Shown: positions 24,454 through 35,654 of the stretch, one piece after another
Layout: every line of letters starts with the position of its first letter
Numbering within the stretch: the stretch's first letter is position 1
NCBI GenBank assembly: GCA_009103225.1
Contig: RHPI01002262.1
Span: 875,478-939,477 of the forward strand
From: Chlorokybus atmophyticus
Lineage: Eukaryota > Plantae > Mesostigma and Chlorokybus algae
DNA: 64,000 nt
Direction of reading: 5' to 3'
Program-made: the position numbers and the translations under genes
The notes under the pieces: generated by a model
Told to the model about the DNA's origin: nothing
Database searches by the model: none
The model's input: only the letters and a program-made list of their open reading frames with translations

Positions 24454-27389
24454 CTACATCACGCGCGCGGGCTCGTTGCTATCTATCCTCGATGTCCGTG
24501 GCGACAACAAAGGTGTCGGCGTTAGCGAGCACGCCTCGAGGTAGCACGCCACAAGTGCGAGAGATTCCACCTGACACGCGCACACACACGCACACGCACG
24601 CGCACACGCGTTCCCCGCAATCAGTCTTATGGCCAACGTATGATCACACAACAACTTCTTGCAAGACACGTATATCACTCACTGTCAAAGTTGGCGTCGT
24701 GCTCATTAACACCCTCGCCGTGACCTTGCCGGCGTTCGGCCACGTCTTGGCTGCCCACAGCTGATATAACACACAACTGCATGTCAGCCTGTTGGTACTG
24801 GAACCCTCCACTTGAGTGGCACTCAAGTTGATATTACATACCAGGAAGTCGTCTCTCGTGAAGGGTCCCTCCTGCGCGTGCCGCCACTTGAGTATCTTCA
24901 TCCACTTCTGCTGCCTCAACCTGAAGCAAACATACAAATCACCTCACACATATACGAGCACACAACACCCACGCATACGTACTCAAACACACCCACGCAC
25001 AAGAGCGCGCACACGCACAACAATGACTCAACAGAGGCGTCAAGTCCGTTATTATGGAGTGGTGGTGGTGTTACTACTACTACTAGTAGTAATAGTAGTA
25101 GCAGCAGTAGCAGTAGTGTCACCGTCGTTGTTGTTGTTGTTACTATTATCAACATACAACTCACTCTGTCCCTTCCAGCAGTTGACTCGTCAGATGTTCC
25201 ATCTCCCTCCTCCCCCTCCTCCCGCACTCCTTGGCTATCCCTTCCAGCTCGTGCGGTTTGGCGGACGGGTAGATCGCGCGGAGGGCGCGCAACACGACGC
25301 TATCTGTCGATGATGTCGTGTCGTCGCGTGCGAGGGTGTGGAAGGGAGACAGGACGCGGCGCCAGTGCATCGGGTAACGCCAGGTGGCGTCGTCGCAGTG
25401 GCCTGAGGGTAAAAGAGTGGATTACAGGTGAGACTCTTGCACGCGTGTATGTGTGCATCTGTGCGTGTGCGCGCTCGCGTGAGCGTGTGTATACCTGTGC
25501 GTGAGCGTCTGTGTGTGTGCGTGTCACCATGTGCGTGTGCATGCGTGAGTAGCTGTGCATGTGTGCGCTTGCACACATGCACATATACACATACACACAC
25601 TTGCACACATACACACTCACACAAGTACATGTTAACATGTGAGCCTGCACGCATGTATGACTGCATGTCCATGTGTGCGCTTGTGCGTTTGTGTTTGTGT
25701 GTCTCTGTGTGCGCAAATGTGCATGTTTCTGCATATGCAGTTGAGATCATGCCTTCAAGTGCAAGGGAAAACAGTCGGACGATCGCGTTGGAAGCACGGT
25801 GCGTGTCGATGGCTTGCAACATAGCGCGCGCGATGATCACAACCGTCGCTCGCACATTCGCATACCTGTTCAAGAACAACATATTGGGTTCTCGCTCCTC
25901 GCCCACTTTGTGCCAACACACTCATCAGAGCTCACCTCGACAGCAAGAATGTGTACAGGAAAGCGTGCAGAGGTGACGGCGGGTCCACATGCTTGACGAT
26001 GAGATCGGGGTCTTGCGGCTGCGGCAACTGCAATTGTTGGTGTGAGTGAGATGACGCGTCCTCTTTCCTCGCCAACAGCGCCGTCTCCTCCCGCTCTATG
26101 CGCCACTTCTCTGCCCACACTTTCTCTATCAGATAGACCAAATCCTGCAGTCAACAAACACTTACACACATACGTAGGCATGCACGCATGCGCACACATG
26201 CACATGCGAGCACGCGCACACATGCACACGTATAGCTCAATGCTCCTGCAGAAGTTTTACTGATATTTGCACAAATACATTCACACTGTGACATCCACTT
26301 ACTGCGAGCGACATCTGCAAGTGTTGCCCTTCGCAGAGTGTTGTGTCGGCGAACTTGTCTTCGGCGAGCTGGGTGGCAAGAAACGACGCATACTGTTTGT
26401 GTAGTGGAGATGCTGGTGTGTTTGGGACATCTTCATGTGTTGTTGTTGTTGTTGTTGTTGTTGTAGTGGTGGTGGATGGTCGTGTCTCAGCGCTCTCTTT
26501 GCTCGGCGTGGTATTCGTATCACTGCGTATATCGCCCGCACTCTCCACCCGCATGGGTACAGCATACTCCCGCAATCGCCTCTGCAATGGAGATAAGCTT
26601 ATCGGATCAAACCCTTGCACACACCCCCACCCACCCCCACACTCTTACCAACTCTTCATGCACGGGTCCCACTTCCTCCCCAAACCTCTTCTTCACCGTT
26701 TCCCTCGCGTCTTCGTCTCCTTCCCTCTCATCCATCTCCGCCTCGAAGTCACCCACGAGTGCTTCGTGCGCTACCAGCAGTTGTCTTTCCAAGTGTATGG
26801 CTTCGCCTAGTAGGGTTGAGTCTTTGGGTGAGAGAGAGTGGGAGGGTGTGGTGCGGCTGCGGTCGCGCTCGAGTTGGGCGAGCGTGTGGCGGATCTCACG
26901 CTGACGAGAGAGGGTGTTGAGGAGGGAGGAGGACGTGGACTTGGAGGACGTGGACTCGTGCTCGGCACGGCGGACCTCGCCCTGAGAACATGTTGGTGTG
27001 CGTGCGGGCACTGTTGCATGATGACACAACTATATGGTAGACTGGTATTGGGGTACACATGCGCCGCGACATGCAGCGCATGCGTGCATGTGCATGTACG
27101 CCTGCCGCACGCACACGCACATGTGCTACAACAAGATATGCAAATTACACCGATACCGCTCAACGTTCTTATTGTTGGGCATACAAGGCATACAATGCTG
27201 TTGATACATGTCAGGATGCCACCCGATAGAGTGTGGGTTTATGTTGTGTTCCAATCTCTACCTGCATGGCGAGTAGCTCTCGTCGGTGTCGCTCGCGTGC
27301 CTCCTTAGCCTCCGCCGCAATGAGGTCACGCTCTGCGATGGCCTGAGCAGCCTGATACTCCGCTCCCAACGCACGCGCCTGCATGGATG

Positions 27390-27436
<47 letters not shown>

Positions 27437-27931
27437 TGCACACCACACAAACACCTCAGCATCCTGAGCTCGAGCGTCCTCTGCGCCACGTCTCCCTGCT
27501 CCATCTCGTCCCTCTGCTCGTGCATTTCTCTCAACCATTGCCAGGGTGTCCTTGGCGGCGGCCGCTGCGTCGTTGGCATCTGCGGCCTCGTCCCGTGCCC
27601 TGGCCAGGAGGGCGAAGTAGGGCAGTCCGCCGATGGAGTGGGCGTCCGTGGGGTCCGTCGTGAGGTCCTCCCCGGCGCAGTAGAGACCGACCATCACCTC
27701 GCTGTACACCTGAGCCATAACACGCTGCGCTGCACCCAACACACCCGCAGACAGGACCTCGCGGAAGGCGGCCACGTGGCAGGCGAGCCGGGAGACGCTG
27801 GGCTGCCCGGGAAGAAGACTCTTGCCGACGCCGGCATTGCCATCCCCGCCACTGCTGCAAGCAGTCAACCGCTCTGCAAGACGCACCTCCACCTCCGTCA
27901 CCGCTGACCTCGGCGTCCTCATCCCTGATGC

Positions 27932-27964
<33 letters not shown>

Positions 27965-27985
27965 TGCCGCTGCCGCTAAGGTCAC
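24454..27985 (-). CDS. Coiled-coil protein resembling TSNAXIP1-like ciliary proteins; about 9 exons; start uncertain (ATG at 27923, or an upstream exon)
   Basis: Spliced exons give RLACHVAAFREVL, the coiled coil ERDLIAAEAKEARERHRRELLAMQ, DLVYLIEKVWAEK, LHAFLYTFLLSR-YANVRA...VRLFSLALEGMI and VLRALRAIYPSAK. This pattern recalls the C-terminal half of TSNAXIP1. Family call from memory only. Confidence 0.5.
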
Positions 27986-28644
27986 GTGACCTGTGTCGAT
28001 TACGCTATATACGGATTACGTGAAGGGGTTCCAGGCACACCTGACACTAACCTGACATCGTGTTTCAGGTAGGATACGCCGCAGGTGTAACAGTAGAGCT
28101 TCCAGATACGTATCTTGCAGGCCTTGCGTGTCTTGCGTATCTTCCCGCCAAAAAGGCCGATGTTGTACGTGCAGCTATAGGTCTCTTTCAATGCTATGCA
28201 GTGTGGATAGGCAGGTAGGTACAACCGACAGGCGGGAAATCTCATGTTTTCGCGCGAATTCTACTGACCGCATTTCTGACCGATCGGTTGCTTTGCCGCC
28301 GGTTAAAGCCCGTGCCTTCTGCCACGGTAGCGATTCGTTTTGAGCCTGCAACAAACTGCACAAACAGCCCCGATATCGCTCGCACATGACCAATATCCAC
28401 CCTCTCAGCGCCAAATGGGCGCCGAATCGGTTACCTAAGTCAACGAGTCAGAGTGACCTAAGCCTGACAGCGTTCAAGTTTGGTACGGTTTGATTGTGCG
28501 GCTAATTTGGTGCCTAACAGTAAAGGCGCCAGATTGAGCTAAAGCAAAAGGCATAGGCGTAAAGGCACTATCAGCGGCGGTGGCGGTGTTGTTCTCCTCC
28601 TCCGCGTCGTCATCCGTCAGCATTGCCAAGGATAGTCTACCGTC

Positions 28645-30218
28645 ATGGAGGCAGCGACGGCGTCGTCTGCGATGTCCTCGTTGGTGCGCGGGAGGGGCTT
28701 AACTTCTGTCCCCTCCCGCCGCCCGCAACAATCCTCTACACATGCTCGTCCTCGCCCTCATCAGCATCACCAGGCCACCCGCATGAAGGCGAACTGGAGC
28801 TTCCTGCCTGACGAGACCAACAAGAACAACAAGGCGCCGGTGGCCACGACAACGGAGAAGGCCACGAGCCATGACGCCAAGGCCACCACCCTCGTTGCAT
28901 CCAGGGAAGAGGTGAGGGTGATGACTGTGTCAACCGTTGCTATTGTAAGAGAGATTGATTGTCAGTTTCATCCACTGATGTGGGTATGTGTGCAGAACAA
29001 CAGCAATGACAACAGCAATGGCGTCCATCAGGAGACCAACGGCGTGCATCTCAACGGCCACGCCAACGGCCATGTCAATGGCTACGCCAACGGCCACGTC
29101 AACAGTCATGCCAATGGTCATGTCAACGGCCACGTCAATGGCTATTCCAACGGCTATGCCAATGGCCATGCCAACGGCCATGCCAACGGCCACGTCAACG
29201 GCCACGCCATCAACATCATCAGCAATATTGAGGACAACACCCACGCCAACAACAGCAACAACTCTTCTGGTGCCAACGACTGGCCGATGCTGCGTCCAGC
29301 CACACCTCAAGCCTCAACTACACGCAAGCCGACAACCACAGCAACAACAAACACAACAGCATCACCAAGCACAACCAGAGCCACATCCACAACGTCTTCC
29401 TCTCAAAGTCAGTCTCTGCCACCACAAGCGGATCTGTCGCAGAGTTATGGGTGGAGTGTCCTGCCTGATGCCTGCCTTGACCCGCACGACATCGCCAACA
29501 GCATCGCCCTCGCCGACAACAACAACAACAACAACCACAACAGCAGCAACAATAATGGCACGGCTGTCGTTGATGACGACGCATTCTGGCAAGAACAAGT
29601 AAGCGAGCACTGAGACTGTTGGCGTGCTGTTACACCAACGGATGCTGTTTGATGTTGATGCACGGCAGTTGCTTGTTGGCTTGCAAGAATGGTTGTGCGC
29701 GGAGTGTGCATGTGCGTGTGTGATAGTGTATGCGTGTGTGTGCATGCGTACATGTATATGTGCGCGTGTGCGGGATGCTCCAATAACTACTGTGCATGCT
29801 ATGTCAAAGCACTCTACCATTCACACTGTGCCTTAAAACCAACCACACAGCCACCCACTCTAACACGTGCACGTATCTCTCCCAGCAAGCGCGGCGTCAG
29901 CGTGAGCGTCAAGACTGGGAGTCTCAGAAGTCCCAATTGGAGGACGAGGCCGCATCTTTGCGCGCCCGCATCGCCTCTCTCCACGCTCTCGTCCCCGCCC
30001 CCTCCGCCGACCGCGCAAAACAACTCGCCGAAGCCGCCGTCGCGCCACTCACACGCGCGGCATCCACACTCACAACAAAAACAACCACAAAGAAGACGAC
30101 CACGAAGAAGGGTGCGGCCACGTCGGCGTACACGTCGCATGAGCTCAGAATGGAACGTGTGACAGCGCGTGCGGATAGCTTCTTTGCGGCTCTCTCCAAC
30201 CAGTTGCATCATGACTGA
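28645..30218 (+). CDS. Unknown protein with a plastid transit-peptide-like N-terminus, 13 tandem N[GS][HY]x tetrapeptides and a C-terminal coiled coil; 3 exons
   Basis: Exons 28645-28911, 28997-29597 and 29886-30218 join at phase 0 with GT-AG sites. The N-terminus is Ser/Arg/Ala-rich and the codons are GC3-rich. Confidence 0.7.
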
Positions 30219-31256
30219 GAGGTGCTCTCGTGTGTCGGTGTGGAAGGCGTGTCCACGTGTTGGTGGTATGTGCTCCACACAGAGGGCTAATGCGCTCTGT
30301 GTGAAGAAGAGAGAGAAAAGACGAGAGATACATATGCTGAGGTGTGGGGTTGGGTGGGTGTGTGGCAGTGAGGGGAGGCAAAAGGATGATGTTGTACTTT
30401 CTACATCGGAGGTCATGTCTCCTCGCCTCACTGCACTTGTAAAGTTGATGTTGTTGGGGATTTTTTACCTGTACCTCTAAGGACCAGTTTGTGTGGGTTT
30501 TCTTCTTTACTAGGAGGGCGGTGTACTAGTAGGGAAGCCCCACCCCTGTAAACAGGAGTTGGGTTGTAGTAGTATGAACTCATTATTGAACCTTGAATTA
30601 CATTTCTTGGTTTAGAGTTCCCAAATGCAAGGTCCTCGTGGTTGCCTGCAGCCTGTGCGAATGAAGTGGGTCGATGTGTTACCGTTGAATGAGTACGCGC
30701 GTGAAGTTATTGTGCGTGACAAATGAGACACAACGTACAACTGCGCAAGTAGATGTGCGCGATCCATGTTTCGCATGCATCAGTGCACTGAACAGTGATG
30801 AAGTTTTCATCACTGGTCAACGCACAACGTGTGTTGGCGTAACATGTCATTGATTGACCCCACGCACACACACGCAAGCCATACGTGAACAACCTGTTGG
30901 AATTGCATGCGTGTGTTTGCTGCTTGGTTGTATTCAGAAACACAAGTGATGAGATCGTGTATGCATCGCATAAGAGCACTTGGCTACCATAATTTGACCG
31001 TGCATGCATTCAACAACTTAACACCACTAACAATACTGCTACACAGTGAGCACTCGGCAAAGTTTTCTCAACAGCAGCATGACGCACGTAACGACAACAT
31101 GGTTCTCCTGCAAAGTACAATGCTCTTGTGTGCATGCACCAATGAACCAAACGGGTGATTGACGACGCACATGTGTGTGCGCATGTGTACGTTCGTGTGT
31201 CACACGGTTCAACTCTTCACCAGCAACCAAATCCCATCACTTCACATCACATCCAT

Positions 31257-31895
31257 TCACTGGTCTTCTAATCTGACTTGGAACCACTGTATGGACCCCT
31301 TCCCCGGCCCTAGTACCAACTCACACGCCGAGTCAATCAGCTCCTCTGCCGCAGCTTCCCTATCCTCATGCCTCACTATAGCCGGAGGGAGAAGCTCCTC
31401 CTCCTCCTCATCAACCTGCATGTCGCCCAGGACCTCAGCCAGCATCGCCGCCAGCTCGGAACGATCGAGGAACTCCTCGTCGGACCCGTGGCGGACGACG
31501 ACGTAGGTGCCGCCGCCGTCGCCGTAGTTGAGAGCACGACGCTGGCCTCTCTGAGGAGGACAAGGACAATGACGACAAGGACAAGAGCAAGGACAACGAG
31601 CATGAGAACAGGGTCACCCATGCGTAAGTAATGTCGCTAATGGCGCCAACCACACCCCTACCAGCGTGTGCGTCGACCAGCGTTGCCTCCACGACGACGA
31701 CGATGACGTGGAGGAGGACGGCAAGGAGGAGGAGGAGGAGGAGGAGGAGGAGGGTAGCCTAGAGACCAAGGCGGGTCTGAGGGTGTGAGGCGGCGGCGGC
31801 GGCGGCATTTGTGGAGACCTTGTGGAGGCGACGGCGTTGACAGCGACCAACCTCGCCGCTGCCGCCGCCAACCGTGACGTCATGGCCACCGACAT
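31257..31895 (-). CDS. CRR7: Chlororespiratory reduction 7 (chloroplast NDH assembly factor, DUF3571); 2 exons
   Basis: Exon 1 (31895 or 31883 to 31662) is a Ser/Arg/Pro-rich transit peptide. Exon 2 (31550-31257) reads TYVVVRHGSDEEFLDRSELAAML...LPPAI...EELIDSACELVLGPGKGSIQWFQVRLE, matching the CRR7 consensus (EFLT..EL, LPxDL, CELxxGPG...QW[YF]xVRLE). Confidence 0.88.
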
Positions 31896-31953
31896 CGCCG
31901 CCGATGCACTGCAGGATTGAGACTGCGTCCCTCAGCCTGTCTGCGAGGTTGTG

Positions 31954-32205
31954 ATGGGGGCGGCGCCGTGGGTGCGTTACGGTGCGCCGATGGTCGGTGC
32001 TGTGGTGGCTGGTTGGCTTGGACTTGCGCACTTCCTGCAGGGGAGGATAGACGTCCACGACGCGCAGGACGCAGCACGACGCACCCACATCAACAGCGAT
32101 CACAACAGCAACAACAAGACGGACCTGGCGCAGGAGCTGGAGAGAACAAGGGCGCAGGTAGATATTGATCGGTACGAGAACAAACCAGTGCCGAAGCAGT
32201 ACTGA
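31954..32205 (+). CDS. COX16: Cytochrome c oxidase assembly protein COX16 (intronless, 83 aa)
   Basis: PWVRYGAPMVGAVVAGWLGLAHFLQG...LAQELERTRAQVDIDRYENKPVPK matches plant COX16 (FVRYGLPM...LLQG...VDINTYEYKKIPK). Confidence 0.88.
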   Translation: MGAAPWVRYGAPMVGAVVAGWLGLAHFLQGRIDVHDAQDAARRTHINSDHNSNNKTDLAQELERTRAQVDIDRYENKPVPKQY

Positions 32206-33027
32206 TGACAAGGAGGACAAGGACAGGGACAAGGACGACAGCAGCAATGCTTGCGGCAGTGAGAGATTGTGGCAGTGAGAAATTGAAAGGAAAGGATCGA
32301 TGAGACAATGCAGGTGAGGTTCTTGTTGATAAACTTGTGCTGTGTGCAGGGTGGGTGAGCGTGTGCTGTGCGTGGTCTTGGGTGTGATGGGGAAAACGCC
32401 ACAGTTAATGGCTGAGTAGTTATCATCATATGCATAACGTTCTTGTTTGCTATTCAGGTGATTTGCAACAGATGGATGTGTAGAACCCAAGGCTAAGAAA
32501 AGGCGACCATGCATGTGCTAGCTGGAGCGGCAGCATACACTTGTATATACCCACATGCGGATGAGCAGTAGTAGTGTGACGAACCTGACTACTTGTTGTT
32601 GAACATGTGTGTGCTTGTGCACAACATTGTATACATGAAGATGTGCACGCGCACACACACACACACACACACACATACATGCGTGCTCGCATGCGCGCAC
32701 CTGTACATAGCTACAGATGCTGCGAGTAGTGGTGAAGTTGGTAACCATGCGTGTACACGTTTGACACTGTATGTTTCAACACACCCATGCACATGCACAT
32801 GCACCAGCATGCGCGCAAAGCGTGCGCGAGAACACGCACACATTGCGTCCCGCTGCATTTCCAAAACTGCATGGCTGCATGTATGCCCTTCACACCACAC
32901 TATTCTCAACAACATCCAGAGCGCAATCTTGAGAACACAACACGCACCATGTCACGCATCTATGTGACACACGAGCGCCCAGCCGCACAAAAAAAAGAAC
33001 CTCTTGCAACCTACTACACTGCATCAA

Positions 33028-35435
33028 TCACATGTCCCTCCAGTCAAACTCCTTTGCATAATACGCGTTCGGCAGCCCGAGCCAGAACTTGAACCTCTGC
33101 AACGCCACCACTCCCGCACTATCATGTTGCTGCTGCTGATGCTTATACCCATGCCCCTTCTTATGCCCCAAACCGGACCCCGAGCTGTTGTTGTTGTTGT
33201 TGGGTGTATTGTTGGCGTACATGGCAGTACTCAACTTGTTGCTATGTGTTGTGTTTCCGGGAAACAGCTCGATGAACAGCCTCTTGAACTTGAGTCTATC
33301 GGGCGCTATCCCGCTCGCTTCCATCTGATCGACGAGGTGTAGCGCGGCGTTGAACCTGCGCGCGCGCAAGCACACGTCCACGAGGGCGTCGTACGCCTTC
33401 TCGTCCACGCCCTCCGCGCCCAACTCGGCACGCATCGCGTCGTACACGCGCATCGCGCCGTCCGCGTCACCCGCCTTGCCGTAACACTTGATGAGAGCGC
33501 CGAAAGTGGCGACGGTGGGACGGACACCAGAAGACCTCATGCGCTGCACACGCACACGTACATGTTGTGAGTAGCTGCGTGTGACAAGTACAGTTGCTGT
33601 AGTGGGTGTGTGCGCACTAGATACATGCATGGAGGTGTGTATGTGGGTAAGGCAGGCTACAAGACAGTGTGATGAGAACACACACGCATGTACATCAGCC
33701 ATACTCAGTCATGCTGTTGGGTTTGTTGACTGCATACCACTACAAGCACACACAACTACACACCTGCGCGCACATGCACACACAAAAACACGCATGCACG
33801 CACACGCACTGTACACATGCATGCCAACACAAGACTACTCACCTGGTAGATTGCATTCGCATCGACAGCCCGTCCCACCCGCGCGAATGCATCAATGACC
33901 GTGTTGAATGCAACCACATCCGGCCTGATGTTGTTGCTGTTACTATTGTTGTCATCGCTTTGCATCTCCTCGAACAGTCTCAACGCGTCGTCCGGCTGTC
34001 TTACACACGCGTACCCGCGCATGAGCGTGGTGTAGCTCGTTACGTTGGGCCGCACGCCACCACCCGCACGCATCTCGTCGAAGAAACGTTGGGCGGCGGG
34101 AAGGTCCTCGTGGAGCACGCACGCCATAAGGAGAGTGTTGTAGGTCACGACGTTGGGAAAGGTGTCAACCTCCTTGTTGTTGTTGTTGTTGTTGTTGTTG
34201 TTGATGGTGTTGGTGATGATGATGTTGTTCACCTTGTTGGTGTTGTTGTTGTTTCTCGCCTCCTCCTCCTTGTTGTTGTTGACCTTCTGCTTGATGTTGT
34301 TGGTGACCTTCTTCTTCATGTCATTGAAGAGTGCTATTGTCTCATCCAGTCTTCTTCTTTTGGCAAAGCCTGCCAGTAGCGCGTTGTGAACGGCTGGCGT
34401 GATGTCGATGTTGGCGATGTTGGCCTCGTCGTACACGCCGAGGGCGAGCTCGAGGTTGTGCGCGCGCACGCACCCGCTGATAAGGTTGGTGTACGTCACC
34501 GCGTTGGGTTTATGCGTTGTGTTTGTACGCATCTTGCGCAGGAGGCTGAACGCGCTCTGCATGTCCGCTGCATCAGTGTAACCCTTCAATAGTTGGGTAT
34601 ATGTCTGAGCTGTTGGTTGTAAGCCCGCTTCGACCATGTTGTCGCACGTCGTCACGGCGTGTGCGACATCTTTAAGAGCCACAAACGCGCCGATGAGGGC
34701 GTTGTATGTCACCTCCGTGGGGGCTATGTTGGCTTCGCGCATGCTTTCAAGCACACGAGAGGCCTCTTTTCTCCTCTTGTGCTTGCCATAAGCGTATATG
34801 AGCGTGTTGAAAGTGCGCTCGTTGGGTTTGAGACCCCTCTTTTTCATATCTTCAAGGATGCCTTCGATATCGCGCCAACTGCCTGCACGCGCGAACGCGT
34901 ATATCGCCGCATTGAAGGCCTGGATGTCAATATCGACCGGCCCTGAGGTGGATTTCAGCTCCTCCCACAGCAATATCGCCACGTGCTTGCGGGCCGCATC
35001 GCGCGCGAAACAACTCATTAGAGAGGTGTAAAGAGGGGGAGTGAGCTTCACGCCTTTCGCGCGTGCACGTAATAACAACTCCTCCGCGGTGTCGATGTCG
35101 CCAGCAGCCGCCGACGCAGTCACCAACGCCCTGAACGCCGCATCTGATATCGGCGCATCGCCCATATCAACCAACCTCCTCGCATCACGCAGCCTCCTCT
35201 TGCGACAACACAACATGACCAACTTGTTGTACAACTTCGCCTCGGGCGGGACGCTCATCGCTTGCAGCTCCGATATCACCCCCAGCGCGTGAGACATCCG
35301 CCCCTTCTCGATGCAGAAAGCCAGCTTCTTGTTCAGTGTCAAGGATGTCTTCTCGGGGCCGATATCACCCTCTCCCGCTGATGTTGACGCATGTGTGGCT
35401 GTCGCATCCTCACTCTCAGTTGATCCTTTCTCCAA
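33028..35435 (-). CDS. HCF152: P-class PPR protein, HCF152-like; 2 visible exons; first exon and transit peptide not identified
   Basis: About 13 PPR motifs (e.g. PNERTFNTLIYAYGK, PTEVTYNALIGAF, PNVVTYNTLLMAC, RPDVVAFNTVIDAFAR). The C-terminus DVCLRA...GIAPDRLKFKRLFIE...RFKFWLGLPNAYY is the HCF152 signature (FKFWLGLPNSYY). Exons 35435-33843 and 33543-33028. Confidence 0.85.
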
Positions 35436-35654
35436 CTGCAAAACAACAATACCAATATGCCCACATACTCAGCAACATACACACACTTGGAAGCACGTGG
35501 TAATGTTGTCCAAACCGGTCACGAACATGACCCCGACATACTTGTTATGTGTACGTGTGTACATGAGTGTATCTCTGTCGAACCTCTATCTCTGACTGTG
35601 CTACGTGTGTCTACTACTCAGGCAACCAAAACTGTGTCACAATACTGTGTTGTC

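Noticed and set aside
27450-27540. Apparent frameshift in the TSNAXIP1-like gene (alternative frame WLREMHEQRDEMEQ is more GC3-rich)
   Set aside because: The downstream exon is clearly phase 0 (ARALGAEYQ...), which matches the unshifted frame at the donor GAG|GT.
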